63,950 nucleotides of DNA, filler included, from Reticulomyxa filosa (GCA_000512085.1; 21 parts of 21 records of this genome joined end to end with filler, not necessarily neighbours in it); one strand, 5' to 3'; shown: positions 27,477 to 41,377, counted from the first letter of the whole stretch. The notes: a model not told the origin generated them from the sequence alone. Numbers and translations are program-made.

Positions 27477-29206
27477 ATGAATGAAAATGATAAAAGGGAG
27501 TTCTTGCTTGAAGAAAGCATATCAGATGAAGACAGCGGAACAGGTAAGCAACCATTACAACTCTCAGCACAGACTTGTATTGTAAAGCAGGTGGTAGTGA
27601 ATGAAAAAGGATTATTGTTGTGACAATGATGTGAATTTGTCAAGAACATGAACCTAACATTCATTTCGTGGCATCATCTGCGCAAGAGTCATTAGATGTC
27701 CATAGAAATTTGGAGTTGAACCGAACGGAAGGATTACTTGGCCGTTCTCCTTGGCAGGCCCTTCAAGGTGTGCACAGGCCGAAACAAAAACAAAAAAAAA
27801 GCTACGAATCTTACATCTGGATCTTTTCTGTCTTGTAATTAAAAAAAAGGCGCAGTACAGGTCGCAGGCGAGAAAATGTCAGCAGGTTCGATAAAAGCAT
27901 CGATATTTAACATGGTAATGTCTACAGTTGGAGGGGGGATGCTGTCACTAGCATTTGGCATAAGGCAAATCGGATTGATCCCAGGTTTGGTTTTACTGTT
28001 GCTCAGCTGTTGGCTGTCGTATTTCACAAACGATGCACTATTGATTGTGGCGGAGCATGTGCCCAATAATGGAGCTGGGCTGTCGCTTCGTTCAAATCAC
28101 TGTGCAACTTCTGTAGTCCATCATGGGGCCCCAAATTGGCGACGTTCATCCAAGTTGTCTTGATTATTCAAATGTTTGGTGCATTTGTCAGTTATTTGGT
28201 GGCTTTTGGTGGATTACTAGACTTGGTATGGCGAGTAATTATAAACGACACAGATGTGTATGTTTATGCCGTGATTGGCATTACTTGGGTTGTAATTTAT
28301 CCGTTGAGCTTATTAAAAAATTTGAGTGCATTGCGTTACACAAGTTTGTTTGGCGTTATTTGTTCGCTTTACTTAGGAGTACTAATCATGATCGAATATT
28401 TTGTGCTATGTGACGGAGATGAACGAGATTTGAGTCAGAAATCGATTCACTCATGTTTCTGGTCCAAACATTTTAATTTGCCAAAACATGCTTACTTTAA
28501 TTATAATGACATGTGGTCATTTATCAAAAACTTATTGGTTTGTTTTCCTTTGTTTATTTTTGCATGCTCTGCTCAACAGTTTATGCTAACAATCTATGCA
28601 GAATTGACAAACAACATACGCGCTCGCATGCAAAAAGTACTACAAAGATCCTCTTATGTTATTCTTTTCCTCTACGCTTGCGCTTCTGTATTTGGATATC
28701 TCACATTTTTGGATGGAGTATGTGGCAACATATTATTAAATGATTACAAAAAAAGTCCTGGAGCAGTACTGGCTGCTATTGCTATTTCCATTTCCATGAT
28801 TTTAGCAGAACCAATTATTACATTTAGCTGGCGTGCCATCTTCGTTGATTTAATTTGGAAAACCAGGCAACAAGATTTGTCTATTATTAAATACGTGCTA
28901 ATTACCACCGTGTTTGTTTTCCTTGGAATGCTTGTTGCATTGTCAGTGGCCAATGTCGAGATTGTTTTTGGGCTGTTAGGAGCAACTACTTATCCTTTGT
29001 GTGGATTTATTTTGCCTGCCATTTTGTTTCATAATATTGCTCCAATTTCTGATTTTCCCATTCGTTACAAAGTTGTTGTGTTCCAAGCTGTTGCTGTTGC
29101 CCTTGTTAGTATTTCATCTTTGATTTATCAAATGTATGGAATTATTAATCCTAGTACCGACTGGAACAAGTGCAACAACGTGCAAGACATTAAAACACCA
29201 ACTTGA
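27477..29206 (+). CDS. Amino acid transporter, AAAP/SLC38 (Aa_trans) family
   Basis: GSIKASIFNMVMSTVGGGMLSLAFG, PLSLLKNLSALRYTSLFG, FGYLTF…GNILLN, VFGLLGA…FILPA; ~11 TMs; introns near the 5' end. Confidence 0.92.
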
Positions 29207-29434
29207 CTTAATCGAATCGTATCAACTTTTTTGATATTGCTTTTGAAAGCATAATGTGAACTAGACCTAATTAGTTTTATTTAGTTTTAACTTATTTTAA
29301 CCTTAATTTTAATGTTTAGGATGTTACTTAAAAATTTTTTACTTTAGTTGAATTTGTATTTTATGATGGCCGAATCTACAAAAATTTTTTTACACAATGT
29401 ACAAGTTAGAAAAAGAGTAATGGTCACAACAAAG

Positions 29435-30918
29435 TCAACAGCCAAGGTTGTCTGCTTTAACAGTGCCAAAAGAAGCATTTTTGACTAAAGCACCATTAGA
29501 ATTGCAGATATTGTTTGTAAATAAATATTGAGCATTCGGATTAATGAACAAATAGGGCACATTATTATCAAATATTTTATTTCCAGTGATAACGAAATTG
29601 TTGACATTACCATTCGGCACCCAAATACCTTTTCCTTGGTTATTTCGAATGTCAACGCCATTGATACTAAATGAGCCGCTGTTGACAGTGATACCATTGC
29701 ATTGAGTGGTACAATCAATATTACCCCCATAAACTCCACCATTGAATATAGTCCCTCCAGCAATTACTAACAATGGATTGGATTGTCCCGGAGCAACCCA
29801 AATTTGATCCGTATCCGAGCTGGCAGCCCACAAACCTGCTACGCTAATATAGCTACTATCATTTACCGCAATTCCCCGATTATCACTGTCAAACGTGGCC
29901 TGCGTGATAAATATCTCACGATTACTTCCTTGTCCATTGCTCATATCGAGCAACAACCCTGTTTCCAATCCAATTACATCAGTACTATCGACATGTACAC
30001 CACCGTTATTCCCAGTTACATGAATTCCGATACTGCCATCATGACGGTTGCCAATTCCAATTATTCGGCCTCCTGCTATTCGGACCTACGATTGCACCAC
30101 AGTTCTTTTTTTATCCTTGAACAGAACAGAAAACAAGAATCAAATGAAAAAAACAAAACAAAGCAAAATACTATTCAACTTCGCTGCCATAGCCGATTTG
30201 AATTCCAGTTCCTGTTATTTGCCATAGCAGACAATCTCGAAATGTCGTTGTATCCGTCACATCTTTGCTAATGATTCCACTGCCGGGATATGCATTTGCA
30301 TTTCCCTCACTTGTTATTAGCACATGGAAGATAAACGAACGAACTAATCCGGACTATTTGTTTGTTTATTTTTGATTGTGATATGACTGTGACTTTCCTC
30401 CTTCTTTCTCTCCCTCTCCTTTCGAAAAGCTTAAAACTGTGAACATCATTGCTGCGCTTGTTTTGGATTTGGCAACATTCGTCGAAAAAAAGCGCAAATG
30501 TTCAATTGTAATTTCAACTGCCTGTTGACTAAATTCAAATACATTGGCATCGAATGTCCATAATATTGTTGATGCCCATCCTTCACCTTTTATTACACTT
30601 CCTGACACCTTTTTTTATTATTTCGAGCGATTGAAACAATATTCAATTACATTTCGATAAATGTTTTTTTTTTACAATGTTGGACAGGTATATTGTTCGA
30701 GACAGCAAATAATTCCCCGGTGGAAAATATAAAACCCCACCAGTCTCTGTCAACAAATTTGTGCAATTTGCTATTGCGTTTGTGTCGTCGTTCTCACCGT
30801 TACCATATGCCCCACACTCTGTCACCACATTGTAGAAAGGTGAAGACGAGGGCGCTTTGATTATCTCTGCACAAACTATGCCGATTAAGAATACAACACG
30901 ACAGTATTGATTGATCAT
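29435..30918 (-). CDS. Secreted right-handed beta-helix protein (pectate_lyase_3 / GH28-GH55-like), multi-exon
   Basis: Signal peptide; YNVVTECGAYGNGENDDTNAI…GGVLYFPPGNYLLSRTI; next exon VIKGEGWASTILW; Asn/Gly/Ile-rich beta-helix repeats in the C-terminal exon. Confidence 0.8.
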
Positions 30919-31222
30919 TATTTTTTTTTATACGGGTAAGTCACAAAACTCAGAGATTATTGGTACTCTCGCCGTAGATGAAAAGGAAAAAAAAGTGAAT
31001 ATGAGTTATATTAGTAAACCATCTAGGATACTGTATAAACAAGAAAATGATGCATAAACAAACAGCGGTCTTTAAAAGTATTTTCACCAAGACTCGTCCG
31101 ATGTTTCAAAATGAGTCCCAAAAGGCAGCAGGTGTACCTTCCTCGAAAAGAAAAAAGTTCAAACGTACGATAAAGCTTTCGAAAAAAAGACCAAAAAAGA
31201 AATTAACAAGGCAGATTTTTCT

Positions 31223-31720
31223 TTAGTAATATTGACTAACATAGTCATTTTCATTATCACTGCCTGCGCTTTCAAGAGTTTCTTCAACGTCCTCGACAGT
31301 ATCAGCAACGTCTTCGGCAGTGTCGATAACATCTTCAATAGTTTCTTCAACGTCCTCAACGGTCTCTTCCACTTCTTCAATAGTATCTGCAACTTCCTTG
31401 GCAGTTTCTTTGACCTCTTTGGCTGTTTCCGCAACCTCTTTGGCTGTTTCGTAAGCATCACTGGATTTGCTTTTGGGCATAAAGTCTGCAAAGACTGCTT
31501 TTTCGGGATATTGCATTGACATAGGTTCTTTTTCCACTTTAAGGGTTTGAGCAGGGGTCATCTTATTATGGCCTCCTTCGAAGTACATTACTATGCCGGC
31601 TATTGTTGCCAATACGATTACGATAATCAATCCATATTGCCATTTTTTCTTGGTTGGCTCTTTTATTTGCAGTGCTTCGTTGAATGTTGAGTATTTTGTT
31701 GTTACTGTATTGTTCAACAT
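31223..31720 (-). CDS. Single-pass type II membrane protein with acidic 7-residue repeats
   Basis: KKKW + TM (YGLIIVIVLATIAGIVMYF), then ETAKEVA/ETAKEVK/DTIEEVE/ETVEDVE… repeats (21-bp period at ~31275-31450). Confidence 0.7.
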   Translation of the reverse strand: MLNNTVTTKYSTFNEALQIKEPTKKKWQYGLIIVIVLATIAGIVMYFEGGHNKMTPAQTLKVEKEPMSMQYPEKAVFADFMPKSKSSDAYETAKEVAETAKEVKETAKEVADTIEEVEETVEDVEETIEDVIDTAEDVADTVEDVEETLESAGSDNENDYVSQYY

Positions 31721-32134
31721 GCTCACCCTGTTTTTTGTTTATATTGAAGTTAACGGGAGGAGGGAGAGTACAAGATCGATACTTGAAAGAAAAAGACAAA
31801 ATCGAAACTATGTACTTGATGTATTAGCGCTCTAAGTGAAAATTCTTGATATATTACAAAATGCAAGTTTGAAAATTTTTTGAGTTCCTCCTAAACTTAT
31901 TGTTTTGTAGAAATTGGTGATTAAAATTAAATTCAACAACAGTTATCGAAACTAAAAATATGGCCTAGTTTAAATATGTTAATGGTTGCTTCTTGCGCTC
32001 GCAAAGTGAAAGAAAAGATTCTTTTTGTTATATGCTTTGTTTTGAGACGTGATATCACCGTTTTTTTAATAAATAAATAACAATTGCAAAAAATAGAATA
32101 AAGAATAACACAAAACCACAAAAATAAAGCAGTG

Positions 32135-33526
32135 CTACAATTTACTTTCTTTTCCAGTATTAGCAGTGCTTTGAATTTGCCAGTTAAGAGTTTGACCGGA
32201 CTTATAGGGTACCAACAGTCCGTCAAGATAAGAAAAGCTTTGGGGAACTTTAAACTTTTGTTTAACCAATCGAATTTTATCAGAGTTGAGAGGCAGCCCA
32301 TAAAACTTGGCGCCAAATTCACTGACAAATGGCTCCAATTTGTGTATCGCATTGTTATCGTCAAAGACCTGAGCATAAAGCGATATCAAGGCGTGAGCAG
32401 TGTAAACACCCGCCTTTCCGTTGCAACACTCCTTTGTTCCTTTTTCGTGCGGAGCGCTGTCAGAGCCCGCAAAAAATTTTGGATTTCCTTTAGGATTTTA
32501 TGTTATGTTTGTATTTCAAAATACAAAGCATAGCAAAGATAGTCCGACACATCCAAACTGCATACCTGAAAGAGCGGCTTTGACCAAAGCCTTTCGATCT
32601 CGTTCCGTCTTGAGAATGGGAAGACAATACAAATGAGGTTGAAGACCATCGCGGAAAATATCATTTCGATTACTCAGCAAATGGTGTGCTTTCATGTAGC
32701 GTTTTTCCATTTTCGTATTACACTTTCGATTCCATAGCAACACACATACAAATATAAATACCTGTGATCGTAGCAGCAATATTGTCTGGAGCGGACAATA
32801 CAAAATCCACAGCTTCCTATTTTTTTATTATTTTTTTTTAATGAACAACTTGGAACATTCATGTGCTGACAAAGGGAAGCAAAACAAAATGATAATCAAA
32901 ACTGCAGTGGAAATATGCTCCAAAACAATTTTCAAATGAGGACAAGCGTTGGTGATAGTGGGCAGCACTTTTTTAATAAAAACGCTTTCTCGATCAAAAA
33001 CGTCGACATTGCTGTCAGTAACTTCGCCGTGGATCAACAAAGGCAAGCCTTGTCTTTCCATTTCTTTCAACGTTTCCATAACTTTGTCAATAGAAGTGAC
33101 ACCGGATTCTGAATTTGTTGTGGCTCCTTTCGGATAGAGCTTCACTCCATATATAATCCCAGAGCTCTTTGCGTCTGCAATGTCTTTTGGTGCTGTGCTG
33201 TCGGTCAGGTATATCGTCATCAATGGATTCAAGGATTTTGTCTTTGGCACGTTTGCCAATATTCTGTTGCGATAATCTTTTGCTTCCTTTGTTGTTCGAA
33301 TTGCTGGGATCAAATTTGGCATTACTATCGCTCGTGCTACTTGTTCACCTTTTCAGTTTGCAATTTCTTGCCAAGTTTTCATCACTCTTGCCAAGGTAGC
33401 AAATACATATAATATAAAACAAACTAAACAGGCATGCGGAACTAACAGCTTCAAAGAATCTCCATCTCTTAAGTGCAAGTGAAAGTCGTCGGGTCTTCTT
33501 ATTGTCAATATTTCTTGTGTCTTCAT
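32135..33526 (-). CDS. pyrC: Dihydroorotase, stand-alone homodimeric (PyrC/URA4 type II), multi-exon
   Basis: [22 protein letters not shown] (ATG at 33526), [64 protein letters not shown]. Confidence 0.95.
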
Positions 33527-34069
33527 TTGTTTTCTTGCTTAAAAGGTGTTCAATTGTTTATATTTTTGTATGATTGCCACAAAAAAGTTATTATTTCCTA
33601 TCTCACTCAATTCAGTGAATATCGAAAAAATTTAGGTTCAAGGGTACGCGAAAACACTAAACTAAAAAGTTATAATTTCTGTCATCATTGGGGGAAGGCT
33701 ATTCTCTCAAGATCGTAGCTATTTCAAAGGAACTGGTCAAGGAAAAATATTTTGGTAAGATTTTAAACAGTCCCGGAATATACGCTATTAAAAAAAATTA
33801 CAACCAATTAAAAAAAATTCTTTAGTACAATAAAAAATTAGAAAATATCTTTCTAAATACTTGCAATACAAACGCAAGAATGACAATAATTAGCATCAGC
33901 ACTCTTTGAATCAAATAAGATGCGAGTTTATTATTTTTCTTATTTTGAAGAAAATTGATCATTTCACTGTGACGACATCTTATTTAAAATGAAAAACCTT
34001 CACATTATTAAGCCCTGCAAAAACAAGAGATCAACAACTACTCAAAAAAAAGCAGTTTGCCCACTTTCT

Positions 34070-34933
34070 TCAAACACTTTGTAATTGGTTGTAATTTTGA
34101 TTTTGTGGTCTTCTTTGATGACAACGACGTCCTCGATATTTGCATCCTTCACAACGGCAAAAAGCCTTCCAAAGATTTTTTCAAACAACAAGACATGGTT
34201 TGTTTAATGTTTGAGCACAGGTATAACGCATTTGTGGTTGTTTTTTTTTTTTGAAAAACATGGCCAAATTAACAAATTATTAACTTGTTTGCACATACAA
34301 CAACTAATCACACATAGCAACATTGCCAGCACTGAGACAAGTAATCCTCCGGCAACAGCTTGGCCTTTTTCGTTGTCTTTGCCTTCTCCATCTTCTAAAG
34401 TTAATATTGTTATTTTTAATTATACGTAAAAAAATAATAGCTGATTTGTAACTAGTCGTAGTTTTCCTTTTTTACAAAAATGGGCTTTTTTTCCTGTCCT
34501 CTCCTAATATTTTTTCAAACCTTCATTTGAGTCGCTATGGTTATCATCATCTCCACCATAATAAACTTCAGTGGAAGATGAGGCTGGTTGGGAATCTGAG
34601 ATTTAAACAAACCAATTTTTTTAAACTGCTCCACACATACACAAAAAAAAATTAACGCAAAATCCATACCTTTGCACACAAAAGCAGGCGCGTTAAACGC
34701 CACGTTCTCGCAATTAGTGCAAGCATATGTCGAGGTATCGTAGTTACATACACACGAACAATAACCCGATTCCCAGTTTACACATCCGCCCGTACACTAT
34801 AGAAATAAAGTTGTTGCAAAGTGACTTTTTTTTTGTGTTTTTCCATTTTAACAAGAAAAAATCGAACCAAATCAGCATAGTCGCGGGCTAAAGTTACGGC
34901 AAATAAGGCTGATAGCGCAAGGATAATCTTCAT
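34070..34933 (-). CDS. Small type I membrane protein with Cys-rich ectodomain (about 5 exons; absent from the ORF track)
   Basis: Manual splicing gives a signal peptide MKIILALSALFAVTLARD, then CTGGCVNWESGYCSCVCNYDTSTYACTNCENVAFNAPAFVCK, an acidic stalk, TM AVAGGLLVSVLAMLLCVISCCMC and tail …AFCRCEGCKYRGRRCHQRRPQNQNYNQLQSV*. Confidence 0.65.
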
Positions 34934-35919
34934 TTTTTCCTTTTAATGATAAGCAATATTTTTTCTCCAAAGAACCTCTTGTACTCGTTTGTTTTCGCTC
35001 AGAGTGCAGCAATATGCCAAGGCAACACAATAATACCATGCATTATTGTCATTATCATCTATTAATTCATTGAAAGAAGAAAAATATGACCAAAAAGGCA
35101 TTTAATTAAAACGATATTTTCTCCGAAACGTTTTTAAAAATCGTAAACATTTTCACATAATCTGATGTATATTCTCAATGTTTGGAGCAGAATTAAACTG
35201 TGTGAGATCAACATATAAAAAATTTTCAAGGTAGTTTCCGTTTTATTGACTAATAGATTCTCCTCTTGTGAAGATAGCACTTCTTCGAACATGTTTAGTC
35301 GTTGCATACTCCACAGGAACAAATGGTGAGTAAATTTTGAAAACAAANNNNNNNNNNNNNNNNNNNNNNNNNNNNNNNNNNNNNNNNNNNNTTAATTAAT
35401 TAANNNNNNNNNNNNNNNNNNNNNNNNNNNNNNNNNNNNNNNNNNNNCTTTCGGTCTGTTCCGGTCAAGATTCGATCAACAAACAAACCAAAAACTTACC
35501 ACGTACTTTTCTTTTTGTTTTTTTGTAGTAGTATTTACCGTTGCCAAGAATTTGCCATTATTTGACCATTTCAAACAACCTTTCACAGCATGAAGTTCAC
35601 TAAAATGAACGGACATGTTGAAAGAGGGTTATGTGTTTTTTCTTTTTAAATTTGAACTCCAAAAATTGTTTTTTCTCAAAACTTTGCTTGAAGTGAATGT
35701 TGCAGATATCTTAGAGAAATTACGTTGTGCAAAAGAATTTTAAAAAACATCAATCAAATAATTTAAATAAATTAAATTTGAAATCAAACACACGAGTGCC
35801 AAATAAAACCGAACAAAGTTCTAACAAAACTGACGAAACTGAACTCTTTCAGTTGATTATGAAAAAACTAAAACTAAATTTGATTAGCTAGTCCCCATCA
35901 CAACCATAAAGTGCTTCGT

Positions 35920-38830
35920 TGAATGGAACCAATGTTTGATTTTGCAACAAGCGCTTGTGTCATTGCCATTCAATCACACAATTCTTCATGTTTTAATTCA
36001 ATTGTTTGTCTCTGCGCACGGACGGAGGCAAGAGGGTCGATATTGCTTCAACATAAAATAATATGTCGCGCTCGTGTTTACGGTGGCGAGGCTGTTCGTG
36101 TGCTTTGCGAGATAGAGTGATCCTTGGAAATACAGGTCGTCATTCATTTGCTATTAATGCAAGTATGAAACTTGTATTGCGCGAATTTTGAGAACGATTG
36201 TATCCTTTTCTTGACTCGGATGCAGTCTTGAAAAATATGAGTGGAGATTGCAATCGCGACATTGTATATGGACCAATATGTTTCCCGACCCAGCCTCTGT
36301 CCATTGACAATACTCGCTGCTGTTTATGTTATTTTTATGCAAGGATCACTATATTATTTTATTGATACCATTTGCGTGCCAAATTTTTTGGTAGTTTTTA
36401 TAATAAATCCGTTTTCACCAAGACATCACTATTTGCCTTCAACATTTCTGGGGATCCTCTTTTTCTGCTTCATGTACGGTTCCACCATCATCACCGACTG
36501 TTAATGTATTCTAATTGTTCCAGCTATTAATCAAATTGCAGTGATATTCTCTCCACAGAGTCAGCACCAAAGTTATATTAATTTTATCTTGGAAATGTTT
36601 CGTTACATCTTTGTTTTGTGTGACTTCTGGTATTGACACAACATAATTATTAAATATACATAAAAGATAGCACAAATATTCGACGAATCATGACCATTGA
36701 CTAGTTGGAGTGAATTGATTAAAAGTATTGAGTGCTGTCGAAGATTATAAACGCAAAGCAATTCATTGTCGATAGCGTTTCTTTCCGTACGTATCATACA
36801 AGGCCCCACTCAAAGTCTTGGTGAAACGGATTTATTGTGGTGGTCATCGTTATCTTCTCGCATCTCTCGATATGTTCGCGCTTCGTTGCCAGTTGTCATA
36901 GTTATTGCCATAATCCATATACCACAATCTATTTGTCCGCACTTTTGCTTCTTTCTTTTCTTCTTCATCATCTCCCTTTTTTTCCATTCTAAACTAAAAT
37001 AGATCATTCTACAATTAATAATACATTTTCACATTGTTTTAGTTAATATATTTCACAGTAACTGAAAATATGATAAAAATAGCATATACCGTCAGATAAA
37101 GCTGCTGTCATTCGTGCTTGGTTGAGGTTTGTCCTTTTGTATGCCCTTCTTTTGATTGTTCTGGAATGTATTGATGCATTTTCTGTCTCGAATTTTGGTA
37201 ACTGCAGGATTGCATGCCATGAAGGAATTCTTCACAAAATATGCGTTTACTTGAACGCTTCCTCTTTTTTTTGTCACTCGCACGTACATTCGTCCAAGCT
37301 ATGATGAAGTTATCTTTACTGGATTGTATATATTATATTGCACTAACACAAACAATCTACTTTTGAGCTTTGATTGCGATAGACCAAGAAAATACCACAT
37401 AAATTGCGCTGGATATGTCCATATAATTTTTAGTGGTTATATGGACAATATCTTGGGACTGGAAATGCAATTTCAAGTTGCTTCTTGGACGCCAAATGAT
37501 CAATTCGTAAAGTCTATTCCAAGGCTGCTGATCATGATCACAATTCACTCGTTTGCTGGCCCGTGTTAATATGTTACTGGACATGTTGGATATTGACCAT
37601 ATGCATCGATACAATTTGGAGAGTATTGCTTGTAAGCAGCGTATTGTCGAATGAAATCGTGTTGCTCACAATAATGCCAATATTATCCGCAGTCGACGGT
37701 AAGACGTTCAAACATTGACTATTCTTCCAAGACATAGTCAACAATTGATATATATATTATATGAAGACTCTGCTTTGTGCATCTTGTTGATAATATACAC
37801 GCTTTCACTTGCTCGATATTGTTTATTGTTTCAAACCTATTTTCACAGGACGCACCAACTGGATATCATTCAAGAAAGAAAAAAGTATTCACTCAAGTAC
37901 ATACTTATTGCGAACTCACTTCGACAATTAATCTTTATCATCCTTTTGACTGCGATATTTGGACATGTGGAGCTTGGTCTTGTATTGTTTCGATATTGCA
38001 TCTTGGAGGCAACGTCCAATATTCTTAAGCACGAAATAGCGACATGTGACACTTGTTCGACTTTAGGACAATAGTACTAACTCATTGGACAAATGTGGTA
38101 TGATCGACAACCAATTCGAAGGTTATTCTAGATTTATGTCCAAATACTTGCAACAAAGTCGCAGGCGTAATAGAATTGAAATTGCATTAACAATGGTCAG
38201 GAATCGCGAGTTGTGTTGTTTACATTAACAACTTTGTTTGACATGCACATGTCTAGATAAATTCTTTGGGCCATGTGGTTGGAAGGTGCAGCTGTCGTTA
38301 CTGGTGGCCGTTAATTTTTTTTAGTACATGTCGGTTCCACGAAAATCTTGTATGTTGGGCATATCTTTCGAGTGGCTGTAGAAAGAGAATTATTTGTATT
38401 TTGAAAGCATGTATATTGATTGCTTATATGTATATAGAAGCTACACTCAAACGACTGTTGTGTGTGTGTTTACGTACCTAAAATATCCAGGTCGACGTTT
38501 GTGATAAATTTGGAGACACTAAAACAGCGGCTGTATTGAACACATATATAGAAATATTTATATTGTTAGCTGTGTTATGTCATTGATCACTTCTTGTACT
38601 ACACTTCAATATCTTCGCTACATCGAATCGTCTAAATAATAAATGAATATCGAATTGAAATAAATTGTCATAATCATGTTATTCACTAATGAAGAATTTG
38701 GTGCATTTAATGTTATCCATTCTATCGTTTTTCTCCACGTTCCAGTTGCTTTGTTGTCGACTTCCATTATTACAATTGCCATTGATATTGCGTCTGAAAT
38801 CATTGGTCCCGTCTTGTCTTTTATTTCTAT
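35920..38830 (-). mobile_element. Possible heavily decayed non-LTR retrotransposon
   Basis: ~3 kb of higher-GC, stop-riddled sequence with faint, correctly ordered motif echoes: IYLDMCMS…PDH (APE end), GIQK…STND (RT), KSV..PRLEWG (post-RT). Confidence 0.3.
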
Positions 38831-38959
38831 AATGTAATAATTTTGTTTTCAAATTTATATTTTAAAAAAACACAAAGAAAAAAAATATACTTAACTTGTG
38901 TTGTCATCCCGCACGGGATATAATCAATATTTATAATATTAAATTAAAAAATTTTAAAA

Positions 38960-39300
38960 AAATTTTCTTCCTTTTCTTATTCTTTTTTTTTTCTTTATCT
39001 TTATTTTTTTCCAACAATTTTCTTTTTCTTTTTTTCTTTTTCCACAACCTTTTTTTTTCTTTTTCCACAACTTTTTTTTTTCTTTTTTATTATTCCATTT
39101 TTTTTTTTTTATTACTTCATTTTTTTTTTTCTTCTCCCTTATTTATTTTTTTCTTCACCCCCTTATTTATTTTTTTCTTCCAATCTCCCTTATTACTTCA
39201 TTTTTTTTCTTCACCCCTTACGTTTTTTTTTTCTTCAACCTTATTTTTTTTCCCTCCCTTATCACTTATTAATTTTTCCCCTATTTTCCAACCCATTCAA
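38960..39300. repeat. T/C-rich low-complexity degenerate repeat
   Basis: Recurrent ttttccacaac and ttcttcacccctta(tt) units. Confidence 0.7.
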
Positions 39301-40630
39301 GATATCCATCGCTGCTACGTCTTTGCCGGCTGACCTATTCACATAAACAAACAAAGTTACATTTTATATATTTTAAATAAATACATCAAATATATTGATA
39401 ACTGATACAATCATAATCTATTTCTATTTCTTTTTTTTCCCTGCAAAAACACTTACAATTCTTTTTTTTTTTGTATGGGGGGGGCAAATAAATAAATAAT
39501 ATAAATATATATTTTGTCTTTGCGGGGGAATCCTATTAATCACACAAANNNNNNNNNNNNNNNNNNNNNNNNNNNNNNNNNNNNNNNNNNNNTTAATTAA
39601 TTAANNNNNNNNNNNNNNNNNNNNNNNNNNNNNNNNNNNNNNNNNNNNTAAAAAACATTTGATGGATTAATGTTTCTTTAGATGATAACACAGCTCTTGG
39701 AATGAGACAATTTGTAGTGGAGACCATTGTGAAGAGGATTTTGCAACATTAATATGATTAAATACAATCTGAAATGAATGTAATATTACCAAATTCAATA
39801 TTCACACATACTGATAATTTGATCTTTGATATCAAACAGGTTTTATTGCTTCAATATCCTTGTAGATTGATCCCTCCAATTTCTGCTTTTCCATTTCCTT
39901 TTGTACAATCTTGTTATTGTCATTGGTTTCATTCACTGTATTTTTTTATTTGAATTCCTCTTTTTCAATTGGAGAAAATCAATTATCATCATAAGATATC
40001 GTTTTAGGCGTTCAGTTTTCTTTGCAACCTACTTTATGATTGGAATTATTTGAAATGAGTTTTCAAAAATAATGATTAATATTTAATTGTACATTCTTGT
40101 GCATTCAAATTACCCATTTCATATAATTGTGAGTAAACTAGAAATTAAAAAAAAAATCGTGTTGACTCCAAAACAGTTGTTTGCAATTTTTTTTATGGAG
40201 AAACAAAATCTTTTTTATTAGTAAAGAGGCAAAAATGTAAAAAATTAGAAGTTATTCCAATTTCAGCAAGTCCTTCATTTTCTTTCATCAACTATACTCA
40301 TATTCTCTTTGTACAGTTTTAGAGATTTGTTAATTGTTTGCAATGACAAAAAAAATGACATTTGTATGTATGTATAAATAATGGATGTCATCAAAGTTCA
40401 ATAAGACACAAATTTTTGCTTGTAAATACTTTCTCATTACAAAGTTTATATTTATTAAATAAAAGAGTTTTTTGTTGAACTTAAAAAAAAAGCTGAAAAG
40501 CATCTTTTTCGTCATCTTTGCATCATCAAAGATCATCTCAAGGAAAAAAAAAGATACTTTAGCTTATTAATGCAAGTTTCGTTTAAGTTCTTTTTTTAGT
40601 TTTTGTTATTATTGTTTCTCATTTTGCTTT

Positions 40631-41377
40631 ATGATTAAAACAGCCAAAAGAAGAAGAGATCCAAATAATCATCCATCATTGGATTCGGAAATTAAACATT
40701 AAATTAGGATGGATCAAAGATTTTGACAAAATTGTTGTCAATTATGTTAGTTCATTGTTCTTTCTTTTTTTAAATGATAATCAAATATTCCAATACTATT
40801 TAACATAGATGTCTATTGTCTTCATGTTTGATATATTTTGTTCATCATCTAAATTAATTAATACACTCACTGGACATACTGGTTGGGTGCGAAGTATTGA
40901 TTGTTCAACATTTGATGATTGTCAATTCATTTGTTCTGGATCAAATGATAATACAGTTCGTGTATGGAGTGTTAATAACAATAAACAAACTCAATCATTC
41001 AATGAACATTCATCTGAAGTGTATTGTGTGAAATTTTCATCATATCATTATTACAACCTTCATCAAAATGTCATTTGTTCTTCATCATATAACAAAACCA
41101 TTCGTTTCTGGGATTTCAAACATAATAAACAATTACAAATATTCAATGGACACACTGATTGTGTTTGTTGTATTAAATTTTCACAATTTAATCGTGGTAG
41201 ATATTTGTGTTCTGGATCCGGTGACAAAACAATTCGTTTATGGGATGTTGAAACATCAAAATCATTACATGTTTTCAATGGACATAATTTATGTGTTTTG
41301 TGTGTTGATATGTCACCATTACAAATCAATAATTACAACAGTAGCGCTAATAAAATGAATAATATTGGCGTGATTGG
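40631..41377 (+). CDS. WD40-repeat protein (family with N-terminal IQIIIHHWIRKLNIKLGWIKDFDK motif), truncated
   Basis: GH…WD repeats; a short first exon and intron precede the 40809 ORF. Confidence 0.9.

Noticed and set aside
32135-33526. Dihydroorotase as bacterial contamination or recent HGT
   Set aside because: It has several spliceosomal introns, and type II DHOase is widespread in fungi, plants and protists.
38896-39333. Phe-rich 145-aa ORF; possible telomere-like repeats
   Set aside because: T-rich low complexity with no consistent telomeric unit; possibly low-quality contig-end sequence.
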